From NCBI GenBank assembly GCA_030828335.1, contig JAURCQ010000001.1:1492-65491 (forward strand): a DNA stretch of 64,000 nt. Direction: 5' to 3'. This stretch comes from Gammaproteobacteria bacterium. GTDB lineage: Bacteria; Pseudomonadota; Gammaproteobacteria; Pseudomonadales; Azotimanducaceae. The notes below the pieces were generated by a model that saw only the letters and a list, made by a program, of their open reading frames with translations, did no database searches and was not told the origin of the DNA. Every line of letters starts with the position of its first letter. Within the stretch, counting starts at the first letter, position 1. This document shows positions 1 through 10,292 of the stretch, piece after piece. The position numbers and the translations under genes were made by a program.

Positions 1-2092
<2,092 letters not shown>

Positions 2093-2096
<4 letters not shown>

Positions 2097-3229
2097 TGCT
2101 CAGCGCCCCCTTGCTGAAGGGGCTGGACGCGCATGCCCTCCACCACCGTTTGCAGCGGGGAAAGGCAAACCCGTTCCCCGGCGGCGAGGCCGTCCTGAAT
2201 CAGCACGTTGTCCTCGAAAAAGCGAAGGGGGGTGACGGGGCGCAGTTCCAGGCGATTCTCTTCGTCGATCACAATGACCTGATTGCCCTCCCGCAGCACG
2301 GAGCGGGGGAGGGTGATGATGTCCTGGGCCAGGGTCCCGTCGATGGTGGCGGAGACGAAGAGCCCCAGGGGCAGGGGGGGCTCCGGGCGCTCTACCCGAG
2401 CCACGAGGTGGACCATGCGGGAGCGCGCGTCCAGTTCCCCTTCGGCGCGCAAGATGCGGCCCTCCCAGTGCTGCTCGACGCCCCCGAAGAGCGCGCTCAG
2501 GGTGACCCGGGGCGCCTGCTCGGGATCGAAGCGCTGCCCCAGCTGGAAGCCAAGGAAGGCCAGCTGCTCATCGGCGATGGGCAGGCGCACCTCCATGGCG
2601 TCGGTGGCGTAGAGTCGGGCAATCTCGCTGCCGCGGCGGACGAACTGCCCCACATCAATGTTCTCCTGACGAACGATGCCATCGAAGGGGGCCCGGAGCA
2701 CGGTGCGCTCCAGATCCCGCTGGGCCCGGGCAACGGCGCTTTCCCCGGCACGAAGGCCGGCTTCCGCCACCCGCAGGCGCCGCTCTGCGCTCTCTAGGGC
2801 CGAGCGGCTGACCAGTCGCTTATCCAGCAGTGGCTTAACGCGATCGTACTCAAAGCGGGCATTGGCCAGCTCGGCGGCGGCCTGGTCCCGGGAGGCTTCG
2901 GCGCTTTCCAGGGCGAGGCGAGGGTCCGTGTCGTCGAGGCGGAGGAGCGGTGCGCCGGCCTCAAAGGTGCCCCCGGACACCATGGCTTCGCTTACCCACT
3001 CGATGCGTCCATCGACCTCCACCACCAGCGCACTTTCCGTGCGCGGCATGACCGAGCCTTGGCTGCGAACCTTGAGGCGCAGGGGGGCGGGGGTCACGGA
3101 GGCCACGCGTACCACCGGCGCCACCGCTTCCGGGGTTTCCGCCGATAGGGTGGGCGCCGTGGCGACCAGGCCGGCGGCGCCGATAAAGGCGGCGATCACG
3201 ATGAGGATCGGGGTTGCAAAGCGCTTCAT
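2093..3229 (-). CDS. RND efflux membrane fusion protein (HlyD/AcrA family periplasmic adaptor)
   Basis: 378-aa ORF with an N-terminal signal/anchor (MKRFATPILIVIAAFIGAAGLVA), a coiled-coil hairpin region (DQAAAELANARFEYDRV...AEAGLRAGESAVARAQRDL) and the VLRAPFDGIV lipoyl-type motif. It is directly coupled to the RND permease. Confidence 0.85.
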
Positions 3230-3990
3230 GACGGAAGACCTCGAGATGGGGGCGTGGGGAGTAGGGCGTTGACATCGCAGGTGGCGCCGGCGTCGCAGAG
3301 CGCCGCCCGCAGGTGATCACGATTCAGTTGGGTCAGAGCCTGAAGGGCGCGCCGGGCACTGCGGCGATTACGGCCTTCAAGGGCTCGGTCTAGGTCCCAG
3401 AGTAGGGCTTTGACCTCCCCCAGGGAGGCCTCGTCGGGCTCCGGGAGCCGAGGCCAGAGCCGCTCCAGGAGCTGCATGCGCAAACCGTTGGCAATGAGGC
3501 GCATGGGCAAATTGCCGCACTCCCGAAGCATGGCCTGGCTCAAGGCGAGGCGCGCCGTCAGCAGGTTCGGATCCCCCGCGGACAGAGCGAGGAACTGGGC
3601 GATGCGCTCTCGCACCGCGGCGATGCCCGCTTCCGAACCCCGGGCCAGGAGCTGGTCGCAGGCATCGCCGACCAAAAGCTCGAGCACCTTGAGACACTGG
3701 TCGACCAGCTCGGCATCGGGCACGGGGTGGAGGTCCAGGAGCGGGCCCAGCACATCAAGGCTTGCTTCATCGATCGCGGCCACCCGGGATCCGCCTCGGG
3801 CGCTCTTGGTCAGCCCTAGAGTTTCGAGCTTTCGCAGGGCCTCTCGCACCGCGCCGCGGCCCGTTTCAAAGCGCAGGGCCAGCTCCCGCTCCGAGGGGAG
3901 GCGTTCTCCCGGGCGATACTGTCCCGTGAGCACCTCATGGCGAAGGGTGCTGAAGACGTCTTCCGTACGAGTGGGGTGGGGGGCGCTCAT
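3226..3990 (-). CDS. GntR-family transcriptional regulator (wHTH plus FadR/FCD-type C-terminal domain)
   Basis: N-terminus ...GQYRPGERLPSERELALRFETGRGAVREALRKLETLGL is a typical GntR wHTH, followed by an all-helical C-terminal domain. The stop overlaps the MFP start (ATGA), so it looks like the first gene of the efflux operon. Confidence 0.8.
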   Translation of the reverse strand: MSAPHPTRTEDVFSTLRHEVLTGQYRPGERLPSERELALRFETGRGAVREALRKLETLGLTKSARGGSRVAAIDEASLDVLGPLLDLHPVPDAELVDQCLKVLELLVGDACDQLLARGSEAGIAAVRERIAQFLALSAGDPNLLTARLALSQAMLRECGNLPMRLIANGLRMQLLERLWPRLPEPDEASLGEVKALLWDLDRALEGRNRRSARRALQALTQLNRDHLRAALCDAGATCDVNALLPTPPSRGLPS

Positions 3991-4060
3991 GGCGGTCCTG
4001 GATCCTTACGGACGAGCGATGGTACGGATCTTTAGGTCGGTCCGCAATGGATGGTCCAAA

Positions 4061-4073
4061 TTGGTATTACCAA
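4061..4073. promoter_or_regulatory. Candidate GntR-family operator: perfect palindrome TTGGTA-T-TACCAA in the gntR/hspQ divergent intergenic region
   Basis: The sequence ttggtattaccaa was read directly. It fits the generic GntR/FadR operator core (t.GT...AC.a), lies 71 nt upstream of the regulator start, and sits in a locally AT-rich patch. Confidence 0.5.
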
Positions 4074-4177
4074 ATATACCGGAGGGGGCGCTAGGCTTGT
4101 GGCCCGTTTGCCCCTAGGCTAGGGCCTTCGGCCTCCCAGGGAGGTGTCTAGGGACGGCGCTGGGCGCCATAACTGCC

Positions 4178-4486
4178 ATGAATCGAGTGCGCTTTCCCCT
4201 CGGGGCCATCGTTTATCACCACAAGCAGGGCTATCGGGGGGTGATCTTTGGGGTGGATGCGGAGTTCGCCCTCTCCGACGAATGGTATGAGCGGGTGGCC
4301 CAAAGCCGACCGCCTAAGGATGCGCCGTGGTACCACGTGCTCGTGCATGGCAGCAGTAAAACCACTTACGTGGCGGAGCGTAACCTGGTCCCCGCCGCGG
4401 ATCGGGGCCCCATCGAGCACCCCCTCCTAGAGACCTTCTTTACCCATCTTGAAGGTGGGGTCTACGCCCCGAAGGGGCTGCATTAG
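4178..4486 (+). CDS. hspQ: Heat-shock protein HspQ (YccV-like hemimethylated-DNA-binding domain)
   Basis: 102 aa. The F.LG..V.H....Y.GVI.GVD ... PWYHVLV ... TYVAERNL ... HP pattern matches E. coli HspQ/YccV. Confidence 0.75.
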   Translation: MNRVRFPLGAIVYHHKQGYRGVIFGVDAEFALSDEWYERVAQSRPPKDAPWYHVLVHGSSKTTYVAERNLVPAADRGPIEHPLLETFFTHLEGGVYAPKGLH

Positions 4487-4522
4487 AGGAGCGTCCCGAA
4501 GGGGCGCCCCTTCCACCCTCGC

Positions 4523-5416
4523 TTAGGGAAGTTCGGGGTCGATCGTTAGGGGGCCCGCGTCGGTGGTGAAGGGCCCGGCGGCGCCCTCAACCCTTTTTAC
4601 CGAGAGGCTCAGGCCCAACCGATAGGGCCCGTGGGCCGCCTCGGCAGCGCAAGCGAGCACGGTCCCCAGGGGGTTTCCCGATGCCTCTCGCACGACCTCG
4701 CCCAGCGCTAGCGGTGCGGTGCTCTCGCCGCGGTAAAGGCGCCGCTTGGGCTGGCCGCGGTAGTGGAGCCGGGCGACGATCTCCTGGCCGAGGTAGCAGC
4801 CTTTTTTGAAGTCGATGGCGCCAATCAGGTCGAGGTTGAAGCCCTGGGGCACGTCCTGCTCGCTATGCTCGGCGGTGAAGGGTAAGCGCCCGGTGTCGAG
4901 CGTTCGGGCTAGCCAGGGGCCTTCCGGGCCCGGCTCAATGCCCTCGTGCTCGCACCAGCGCGCGAGGGCGGCGTCCTCCCCCCAAAGCTCCCGGTCTCCC
5001 GCCGGCGGCTGCACCCAGATCAGCCCATCGGCTGCGGGGGCCGTCGCGCCCGGGGCAAGGGATGGCTCTGCGCTGAGCCCATCCGAGGGCAGGGCCAGGC
5101 CCCGCGCCTCGCTGGTGCGCAGCGCGCATTTCGCAAAGCGCAGATAGGGCTCGAGAAAGGCGCTCACGGGGTCAATCAGCGATTCGTGGAGCCGAAGGGT
5201 GAGGGCCTCCGCCGCGCCCCAGGCCAGGAAAGTCGCAAGGACCTGGCCCTGGCGATTGCAGAGCGCGCCTTCGAGGGCCTGCGTACCGTCGAGGCGTCGC
5301 GTATCGCAGGTGCCGTAGCCCTGGAAGAAGGCGGCGGCATCCGCGCCCTCTAGGTGCAGCAGGGCAAAGTGTTCTAGGCGAAAGGCCTTGGCCGGTGGTT
5401 GGCGGTGCGCGTCCAT
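4523..5416 (-). CDS. ygfZ: tRNA-modifying folate-binding protein YgfZ (GcvT-like)
   Basis: Contains the YgfZ signature KKGCYLGQEIVARLHYRGQPKRRLY. I trimmed the start to the internal ATG at 5416 (MDAHRQPPAKAFRLEHF...), because the 5503 start would overlap the divergent sdhE promoter region. Confidence 0.75.
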   Translation of the reverse strand: MDAHRQPPAKAFRLEHFALLHLEGADAAAFFQGYGTCDTRRLDGTQALEGALCNRQGQVLATFLAWGAAEALTLRLHESLIDPVSAFLEPYLRFAKCALRTSEARGLALPSDGLSAEPSLAPGATAPAADGLIWVQPPAGDRELWGEDAALARWCEHEGIEPGPEGPWLARTLDTGRLPFTAEHSEQDVPQGFNLDLIGAIDFKKGCYLGQEIVARLHYRGQPKRRLYRGESTAPLALGEVVREASGNPLGTVLACAAEAAHGPYRLGLSLSVKRVEGAAGPFTTDAGPLTIDPELP

Positions 5417-5531
5417 GGAAGAGCCCCGTAATGATCGCGTGGTTCGTGAGACACTATTGCGATCCTCCGGCCCCGGTTCAAGGGTTCCGGTAAGCTTTGC
5501 CACCCTTAGGGTTCATCATAAGGAGCGCGCC

Positions 5532-5828
5532 ATGACTGATCACGACGCCGCGCAGGCCGCCGCCGCACAGGACTCCGCCCTGAGCGCTGCGCGCCTGCAC
5601 TGGCGTAGCCGCCGGGGGCTCCGGGAGCTCGACTTACTCTTTCTCCCCTTTGTGGAGGAGGCTTATGCCACCTTGCCCCTCGCGGAGCAGCTGGCCTACC
5701 AGCGCTTGCTTGCCGAGGAGGACACGGAGCTCTTGCTGTGGATGACCGGGCGGGCGGCGCCCCTCGATCCCGAGCTGAGCGGGATCGTGGCAAAGATTCG
5801 GGCTCATGCCGGGGCCATTGACGGCTAG
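5532..5828 (+). CDS. sdhE: FAD assembly factor SdhE (YgfY/CptB family)
   Basis: RLHWRSRRGLRELDLLFLPF...LLAEEDTELLLWMTG matches the SdhE RGxxE motif family. An AAGGAG RBS lies 7 nt upstream of the ATG at 5532. It is divergent from ygfZ, as in E. coli. Confidence 0.8.
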   Translation: MTDHDAAQAAAAQDSALSAARLHWRSRRGLRELDLLFLPFVEEAYATLPLAEQLAYQRLLAEEDTELLLWMTGRAAPLDPELSGIVAKIRAHAGAIDG

Positions 5829-6270
5829 GGAGACGCCAGGCTTCGGCGCCCTTCCCTTTGGGGAGCACGCCCTGGCGTCATCACCGAGCCAAGCGTGGAT
5901 CCACAGCGGTTTTTTTCTGTTGGCGCTGGCCCTGGCAGTCACCATGGCGGCAGAGGGGTGGCCCCTACCCCTGGCCCTGGTGCTCATCGCCGGAGCCCTC
6001 CTTCGGGCCTGGGGGCCTCGCCAATGGCAATCGCCGCGCGCCTACCGCCGGGATGATCGCGGCGTCGCCCTTTGCCTTCCCCGTCGCCATTGGGTTCAGC
6101 TTGAAGCGCTTACGCTCGCGGGCTACGCCCCGCTCTACCTGTGGCTTCGGTGGCGCGAGCCATCAGGGCGCCGGGGCAGTGCGCTGCTGTGGCGCGGCAG
6201 CTTGCCCGAACCCCTCTATCGCGCCTTTGTACGTCAGTACCGGCGCTTCCCTGCCCTCACGCTGTTTTAG
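5806..6270 (+). CDS. YgfX/CptA-like inner-membrane protein (DUF1434)
   Basis: Two predicted TM helices (FFLLALALAVTMAA, LPLALVLIAGALL) are followed by an R/W-rich soluble tail ending ...ALLWRGSLPEPLYRAFVRQYRR. This resembles E. coli YgfX, and the position immediately after sdhE matches. The start codon is uncertain, since the ATG at 5806 overlaps the sdhE end by 23 nt. Confidence 0.55.
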   Translation: MPGPLTARETPGFGALPFGEHALASSPSQAWIHSGFFLLALALAVTMAAEGWPLPLALVLIAGALLRAWGPRQWQSPRAYRRDDRGVALCLPRRHWVQLEALTLAGYAPLYLWLRWREPSGRRGSALLWRGSLPEPLYRAFVRQYRRFPALTLF

Positions 6271-7907
6271 GTGCGCCAGCGGTGGGACGCGAGGGCGTCG
6301 AGACGCAGCGGTGAGGGGGAGAGGACCGTATCCCGGGGCGCTTCGGAGCATTCGGGATAATCCTTGTTGTAGTGCAGGCCGCGGCTTTCCTTCCGGGCCA
6401 GCGCCCCTTCGATAATCAGTTCCGCCACCAGGGCGAGATTTCGGAGCTCGAGCAGGTCCCCGCTGATGCGGTGATGGGCGTAGTACTCATGAATCTCTCG
6501 CCGAAGCATTTTGATGCGGTGCTGGGCGCGCTCGAGGCGCTTGTCCGTCCTCACAATGCCGACGTAATCCCACATGAAGCGCCGCAGCTCCTCCCAGTTG
6601 TGGGAAATCACCACGTCTTCATCGGAGTCCGTGACCCGGCTTTCGTCCCAGGACGGGAGCGTGGTTTCCGTGCTCGGCGCCTTCTCCAGGCGTTGGACGA
6701 TGTCCTCGGCAGCTGCCTTGGCGAAGACGATGCATTCAAGGAGCGAATTGCTTGCCATGCGATTGGCGCCGTGAAGCCCGGTGAATGCGCACTCCCCGAC
6801 GGCGTAGAGCTGGGGCACGTCGGTGCGCCCCCGGGCGTCCGTGACCAGGCCGCCACAGGTGTAATGGGCGGCCGGCACCACGGGGATGGGCGCCTTCGTG
6901 ATATCGATGCCCAGTTCCAGGCATCGAGCAAAGATGTTCGGGAAGTGGTGCTTTAAGCGCTCGGCGGGCAGGTGGGTGACGTCGAGATAAAGGCAGTCGG
7001 CGCCCAGCCGTTTCATTTCGTGGTCGATGGCCCGGGCCACCACGTCCCGGGGCGCGAGCTCGGCTTGGGGATGGAAGCGATCCATGAAGCGCTCCCCGCT
7101 GGGGAGCCGCAAGAGGCCGCCCTCGCCGCGGAGCGCCTCCGTGATCAGGAAGCTCTTGGCCTCCGGGTGATAGAGGCAGGTGGGATGGAATTGATTGAAT
7201 TCCATATTCGCGACGCGGCAGCCCCCACGCCAGCCCATGGCGATGCCATCCCCCGTGGCTCCGTCGGGGTTGGAGGTGTAGAGGTAGACCTTGCTCGCCC
7301 CCCCCGTGGCCAGCACGGTGTGCGTGGCCTGAAAGGTTTCCACCTGCTCCGTTAGCGTATTGAGGACGTAGGCGCCCACGCAGCCCGAGCCCGGCAGGTT
7401 GAGCTTCTCCCGGACGAGGAGATCCACCGCGAGGTGATCCTCGAACACCGTGAGCCGGGGGCGGCGCTGCGCTTCGGCCAAGAGGCTGTCCTCCACGGCC
7501 CGCCCCGTGGCATCGGCGGCGTGGACAATGCGGCGATGACCGTGGCCCCCTTCCTGGGTGAGGTGATAGCGAGCGTCGCCGTCCGAGCTTTGCTCCTGGT
7601 CGAAGGCCACGCCCCGGGCGGAGAGCCACTCAATGGCTCCGGGCCCCCCCTCCACCACTTGGCGCACGATGTCGGGATGGCACAGCCCCGCGCCGGCGGT
7701 GAGGGTGTCCTGGATGTGCTTGTCGACGTGGTCGTCGCCGTCGAGCACGGCAGCGATGCCCCCCTGAGCCCAGGAGGTGGCGCCCGCCGCGAGCGGTCCC
7801 TTGGACAGCAGGGCGACGGAAAGGTGCTCGGGGAGGGCCAGGGCCGTGGCGAGGCCCGCGGCGCCACTGCCGAGAATCAGGACATCGAAGCGGTGCTGCG
7901 CAGTCAT
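6267..7907 (-). CDS. nadB: L-aspartate oxidase
   Basis: MTAQHRFDVLILGSGAAGLATAL (FAD GxGxxG) and strong end-to-end resemblance to NadB. It is divergent from rpoE, as in E. coli. I trimmed the start to the ATG at 7907. Confidence 0.9.
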   Translation of the reverse strand: MTAQHRFDVLILGSGAAGLATALALPEHLSVALLSKGPLAAGATSWAQGGIAAVLDGDDHVDKHIQDTLTAGAGLCHPDIVRQVVEGGPGAIEWLSARGVAFDQEQSSDGDARYHLTQEGGHGHRRIVHAADATGRAVEDSLLAEAQRRPRLTVFEDHLAVDLLVREKLNLPGSGCVGAYVLNTLTEQVETFQATHTVLATGGASKVYLYTSNPDGATGDGIAMGWRGGCRVANMEFNQFHPTCLYHPEAKSFLITEALRGEGGLLRLPSGERFMDRFHPQAELAPRDVVARAIDHEMKRLGADCLYLDVTHLPAERLKHHFPNIFARCLELGIDITKAPIPVVPAAHYTCGGLVTDARGRTDVPQLYAVGECAFTGLHGANRMASNSLLECIVFAKAAAEDIVQRLEKAPSTETTLPSWDESRVTDSDEDVVISHNWEELRRFMWDYVGIVRTDKRLERAQHRIKMLRREIHEYYAHHRISGDLLELRNLALVAELIIEGALARKESRGLHYNKDYPECSEAPRDTVLSPSPLRLDALASHRWRT

Positions 7908-7980
7908 GGCGGGGTCTTCGTGGTGTTGCGCTCCTTGGAGCGGAGGGCTGAGTATACGCCCGTGGGGAGAGCAGCCCACG

Positions 7981-8008
7981 GGAACTTTCAAGGGCTCAGG
8001 GGGTCTAG
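7981..8008 (+). promoter_or_regulatory. Candidate sigma-E-dependent (autoregulated) promoter of rpoE: GGAACTT-N16-TCTAG
   Basis: GGAACTT at 7981-7987, a 16-nt spacer, then TCTAG at 8004-8008, about 33 nt upstream of the rpoE ATG. For comparison, E. coli rpoE P2 is GGAACTT-N16-TCTAA and P. aeruginosa algU is GAACTT-N16/17-TCTGA. Confidence 0.6.
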
Positions 8009-8040
8009 CAGAAGTGAATCAGGAAACGGAGCCGAGGCCC

Positions 8041-8649
8041 ATGGCCCAAACCGCTTCATCGCTGTATGCCTCCGCCGAGGCCCTGGCCGGACAGGGGGAA
8101 GACCAGGCCCTGCTGGCCCGGGCCCTTGCGGGCGATCTTCAGGCCTTCGACCTGCTGGCCTTGAAATACCGGCCCCGGTTGAAGCAGCTAGTGCTGCGTA
8201 CGGTACGCAGCGAAGACGACGCTGATGACGTGGTGCAGGATGCGCTGCTTCGCGCCTACCGAGCCCTCGGCAGCTTCCGTGGGGACGCCCAGTTCTACAC
8301 CTGGCTATGCCGCATCGCGATCAATGTGGCGAAGACCCACGTCACCCACCCCTCCCGTCGGGTGATGAGTGACACGCCGGTGGAAGAGGCTGCGCCCCAG
8401 CTCACCCAGCTGGGTCCCGAACACGACCTTGCTTCGGAGCAGCTCCAGCGCGTGATCTTCCAGGCCCTGGAAGCGCTCCCCGAAGCGCTGCGAACGGCGC
8501 TTACCTTGCGTGAGTTTGAAGGGCACAGCTACGAAGAGATCAGCCAGTTGATGGATACCCCCGTGGGCACCGTGCGGTCCCGGATATTTCGCGCCCGGGA
8601 AGCGCTCGATGCGGCCATCGCGCCGTTGCTGGAGGAAAGCGGGCTATGA
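8041..8649 (+). CDS. rpoE: ECF sigma factor sigma-E (RpoE/AlgU)
   Basis: Region 2 (DDADDVVQDALLRAYRAL) and region 4 (SYEEISQLMDTPVGTVRSRIFRAREAL) are present. It is followed by anti-sigma genes. I trimmed the start to the ATG at 8041. Confidence 0.9.
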   Translation: MAQTASSLYASAEALAGQGEDQALLARALAGDLQAFDLLALKYRPRLKQLVLRTVRSEDDADDVVQDALLRAYRALGSFRGDAQFYTWLCRIAINVAKTHVTHPSRRVMSDTPVEEAAPQLTQLGPEHDLASEQLQRVIFQALEALPEALRTALTLREFEGHSYEEISQLMDTPVGTVRSRIFRAREALDAAIAPLLEESGL

Positions 8650-9263
8650 ACGACGATCAGAAACGCGAGGCGCGGCTGCGTCAGGCCCTTTCGGCGCTCC
8701 TAGATGGGGAAGCGCACGAGCTGGAGGTCAGCCAGGTGCTCGCAAAGGCCAAGGGGCATGACGAGGTGAAAGCTCGGTGGGCACGCTACCAGCTTGTGAG
8801 TGCGGCGCTTCAGGCTCCGGGCGCAGCCCAGAGGGCCGCAGCGAGTGCCGCGCCTCCCCCCGCGGACGCCACCCCCTTACCGGCGGCAGGGAGTCTTCGC
8901 CGGGGGTTCGGCTGGGGGAGCTTTGCCCTGGCCGCCTCCCTCACCCTGGCGCTTGTGGTGGTGCTGCGCACCATGGCCCCGGGCGCCGAGCCCGCGCCCA
9001 TGGTGGCAGCCCTCACCGGGCCCCCCGCGCCCATCTTGGCCGCGCCGCTGCATCCCGTGGCGCTGGGCGGTGAGCCCTCCTCCGGCGGCGCTGCGGTGCA
9101 GATCACCATGCCCCGGGCCTGGGCCGCCTCGGGAGAGCTCGGCCCTGGCGCCGCGCGTCACTTGCAGACGCTGATGCGACGCCATGCGGAGCTGAACCTA
9201 TTAGATAGCGCGGGCTCCCTCATGCCGGCGGTGCGTTTGGTTGCCCACGCCGAAGCGCCGTGA
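8646..9263 (+). CDS. rseA: Anti-sigma-E factor RseA/MucA
   Basis: N-terminal RseA_N pattern (LSALLDGEAHELEVSQVL...ARWARYQLVSAAL), a central TM segment (SFALAASLTLALVVVL) and an ATGA overlap with rpoE. Confidence 0.8.
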   Translation: MNDDQKREARLRQALSALLDGEAHELEVSQVLAKAKGHDEVKARWARYQLVSAALQAPGAAQRAAASAAPPPADATPLPAAGSLRRGFGWGSFALAASLTLALVVVLRTMAPGAEPAPMVAALTGPPAPILAAPLHPVALGGEPSSGGAAVQITMPRAWAASGELGPGAARHLQTLMRRHAELNLLDSAGSLMPAVRLVAHAEAP

Positions 9264-10237
9264 GAGCCCCGCTTCTAGCCCTTCTGCTCGCGGTGCTGGC
9301 GGGCGGTGTTGTCGCCACCGAAGCGGCGCCAGCGCGCGCGCCCGGTAGCGCCGAGGCGTGGCTCGAGGCCATGACCGCGGCCCTGCGGGCGAACGCCTAC
9401 GAAGGGCTTTTGAGCTACGCCCAGGAAGATGGCGTCACGGAGCTTCGGCTCATTCACGGCCATCATGGATCGGCGATTTATGAGCGCCTTTCCCGCCTTG
9501 ACGGAGAGGGGGAGGCGCTCCTGCGCCGAGGGGATGAGGTTTACTTCCTCGGCGCCCAGGACGAGGCCCTTCCCGAAGGCGCCGTACCTCTGGTGCAGCA
9601 CCCGGTGGCCAATTTCGATGCCATCCCTGACAGCTATCGGGTGGGCCTCGGGCCCCAGGTAACGGTTGGGGGGCGGCGCGCGCAGCAGGTGCGGATCGAT
9701 CCTCGGGATAGCTACCGCTTCGCTTACCACCTTTGGCTCGACGCCGAGACAGCGCTGCCCCTACGGCTGACCATGAATCACCCCCAGGGAGCACCGGTGG
9801 AGGTGATGCAGTTTCGGGCGCTGGCCGTGGGGGAGGAGCCCCCGGAGGCGGCCTTCCAGGTGCCCGAAGGTGCGCCCCATCAGCACCCCCTCGCTCCGGC
9901 CTTTTCCCCGGAAGCAGAGGCCGTCCCGGCGCTCCCCCTGCAGCGCCTGCCCTGGCGCCTGGCCTGGGTGCCTCCGGGCTTTGAACTCTTGGCGGAGATC
10001 GCCGAAACCCCCGCGATGCTGCGCCTAGGCGACGGGCTCGCCACGGTCACCGTGTTCATTGATGCTGCCGTGGAAGACGCCCCCGTGGCGCTGCAGGATG
10101 GCCCCACGGCGGTGGTGGTGCGGCACCGGCCCCATTGCAATGGGGCGACCTATCAAGTCACCGTGATTGGTGAGGTCCCCTTGCCCGCGGCGGAGCGCAT
10201 TGCGGAGTCGCTCCATTGCACCGACGACGCCTCTTGA
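9260..10237 (+). CDS. rseB: Sigma-E regulatory protein RseB/MucB
   Basis: Signal peptide, then AEAWLEAMTAALRANAYEGLLSY...LRLIHG, which is typical of the MucB/RseB N-domain. GTGA overlap with rseA. Confidence 0.8.
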   Translation: MRAPLLALLLAVLAGGVVATEAAPARAPGSAEAWLEAMTAALRANAYEGLLSYAQEDGVTELRLIHGHHGSAIYERLSRLDGEGEALLRRGDEVYFLGAQDEALPEGAVPLVQHPVANFDAIPDSYRVGLGPQVTVGGRRAQQVRIDPRDSYRFAYHLWLDAETALPLRLTMNHPQGAPVEVMQFRALAVGEEPPEAAFQVPEGAPHQHPLAPAFSPEAEAVPALPLQRLPWRLAWVPPGFELLAEIAETPAMLRLGDGLATVTVFIDAAVEDAPVALQDGPTAVVVRHRPHCNGATYQVTVIGEVPLPAAERIAESLHCTDDAS

Positions 10238-10292
10238 AATCCCGGGGGGCTTCCCCCCACCTTTCCCCACTGGTCCATTGAAGGAGCACCCC

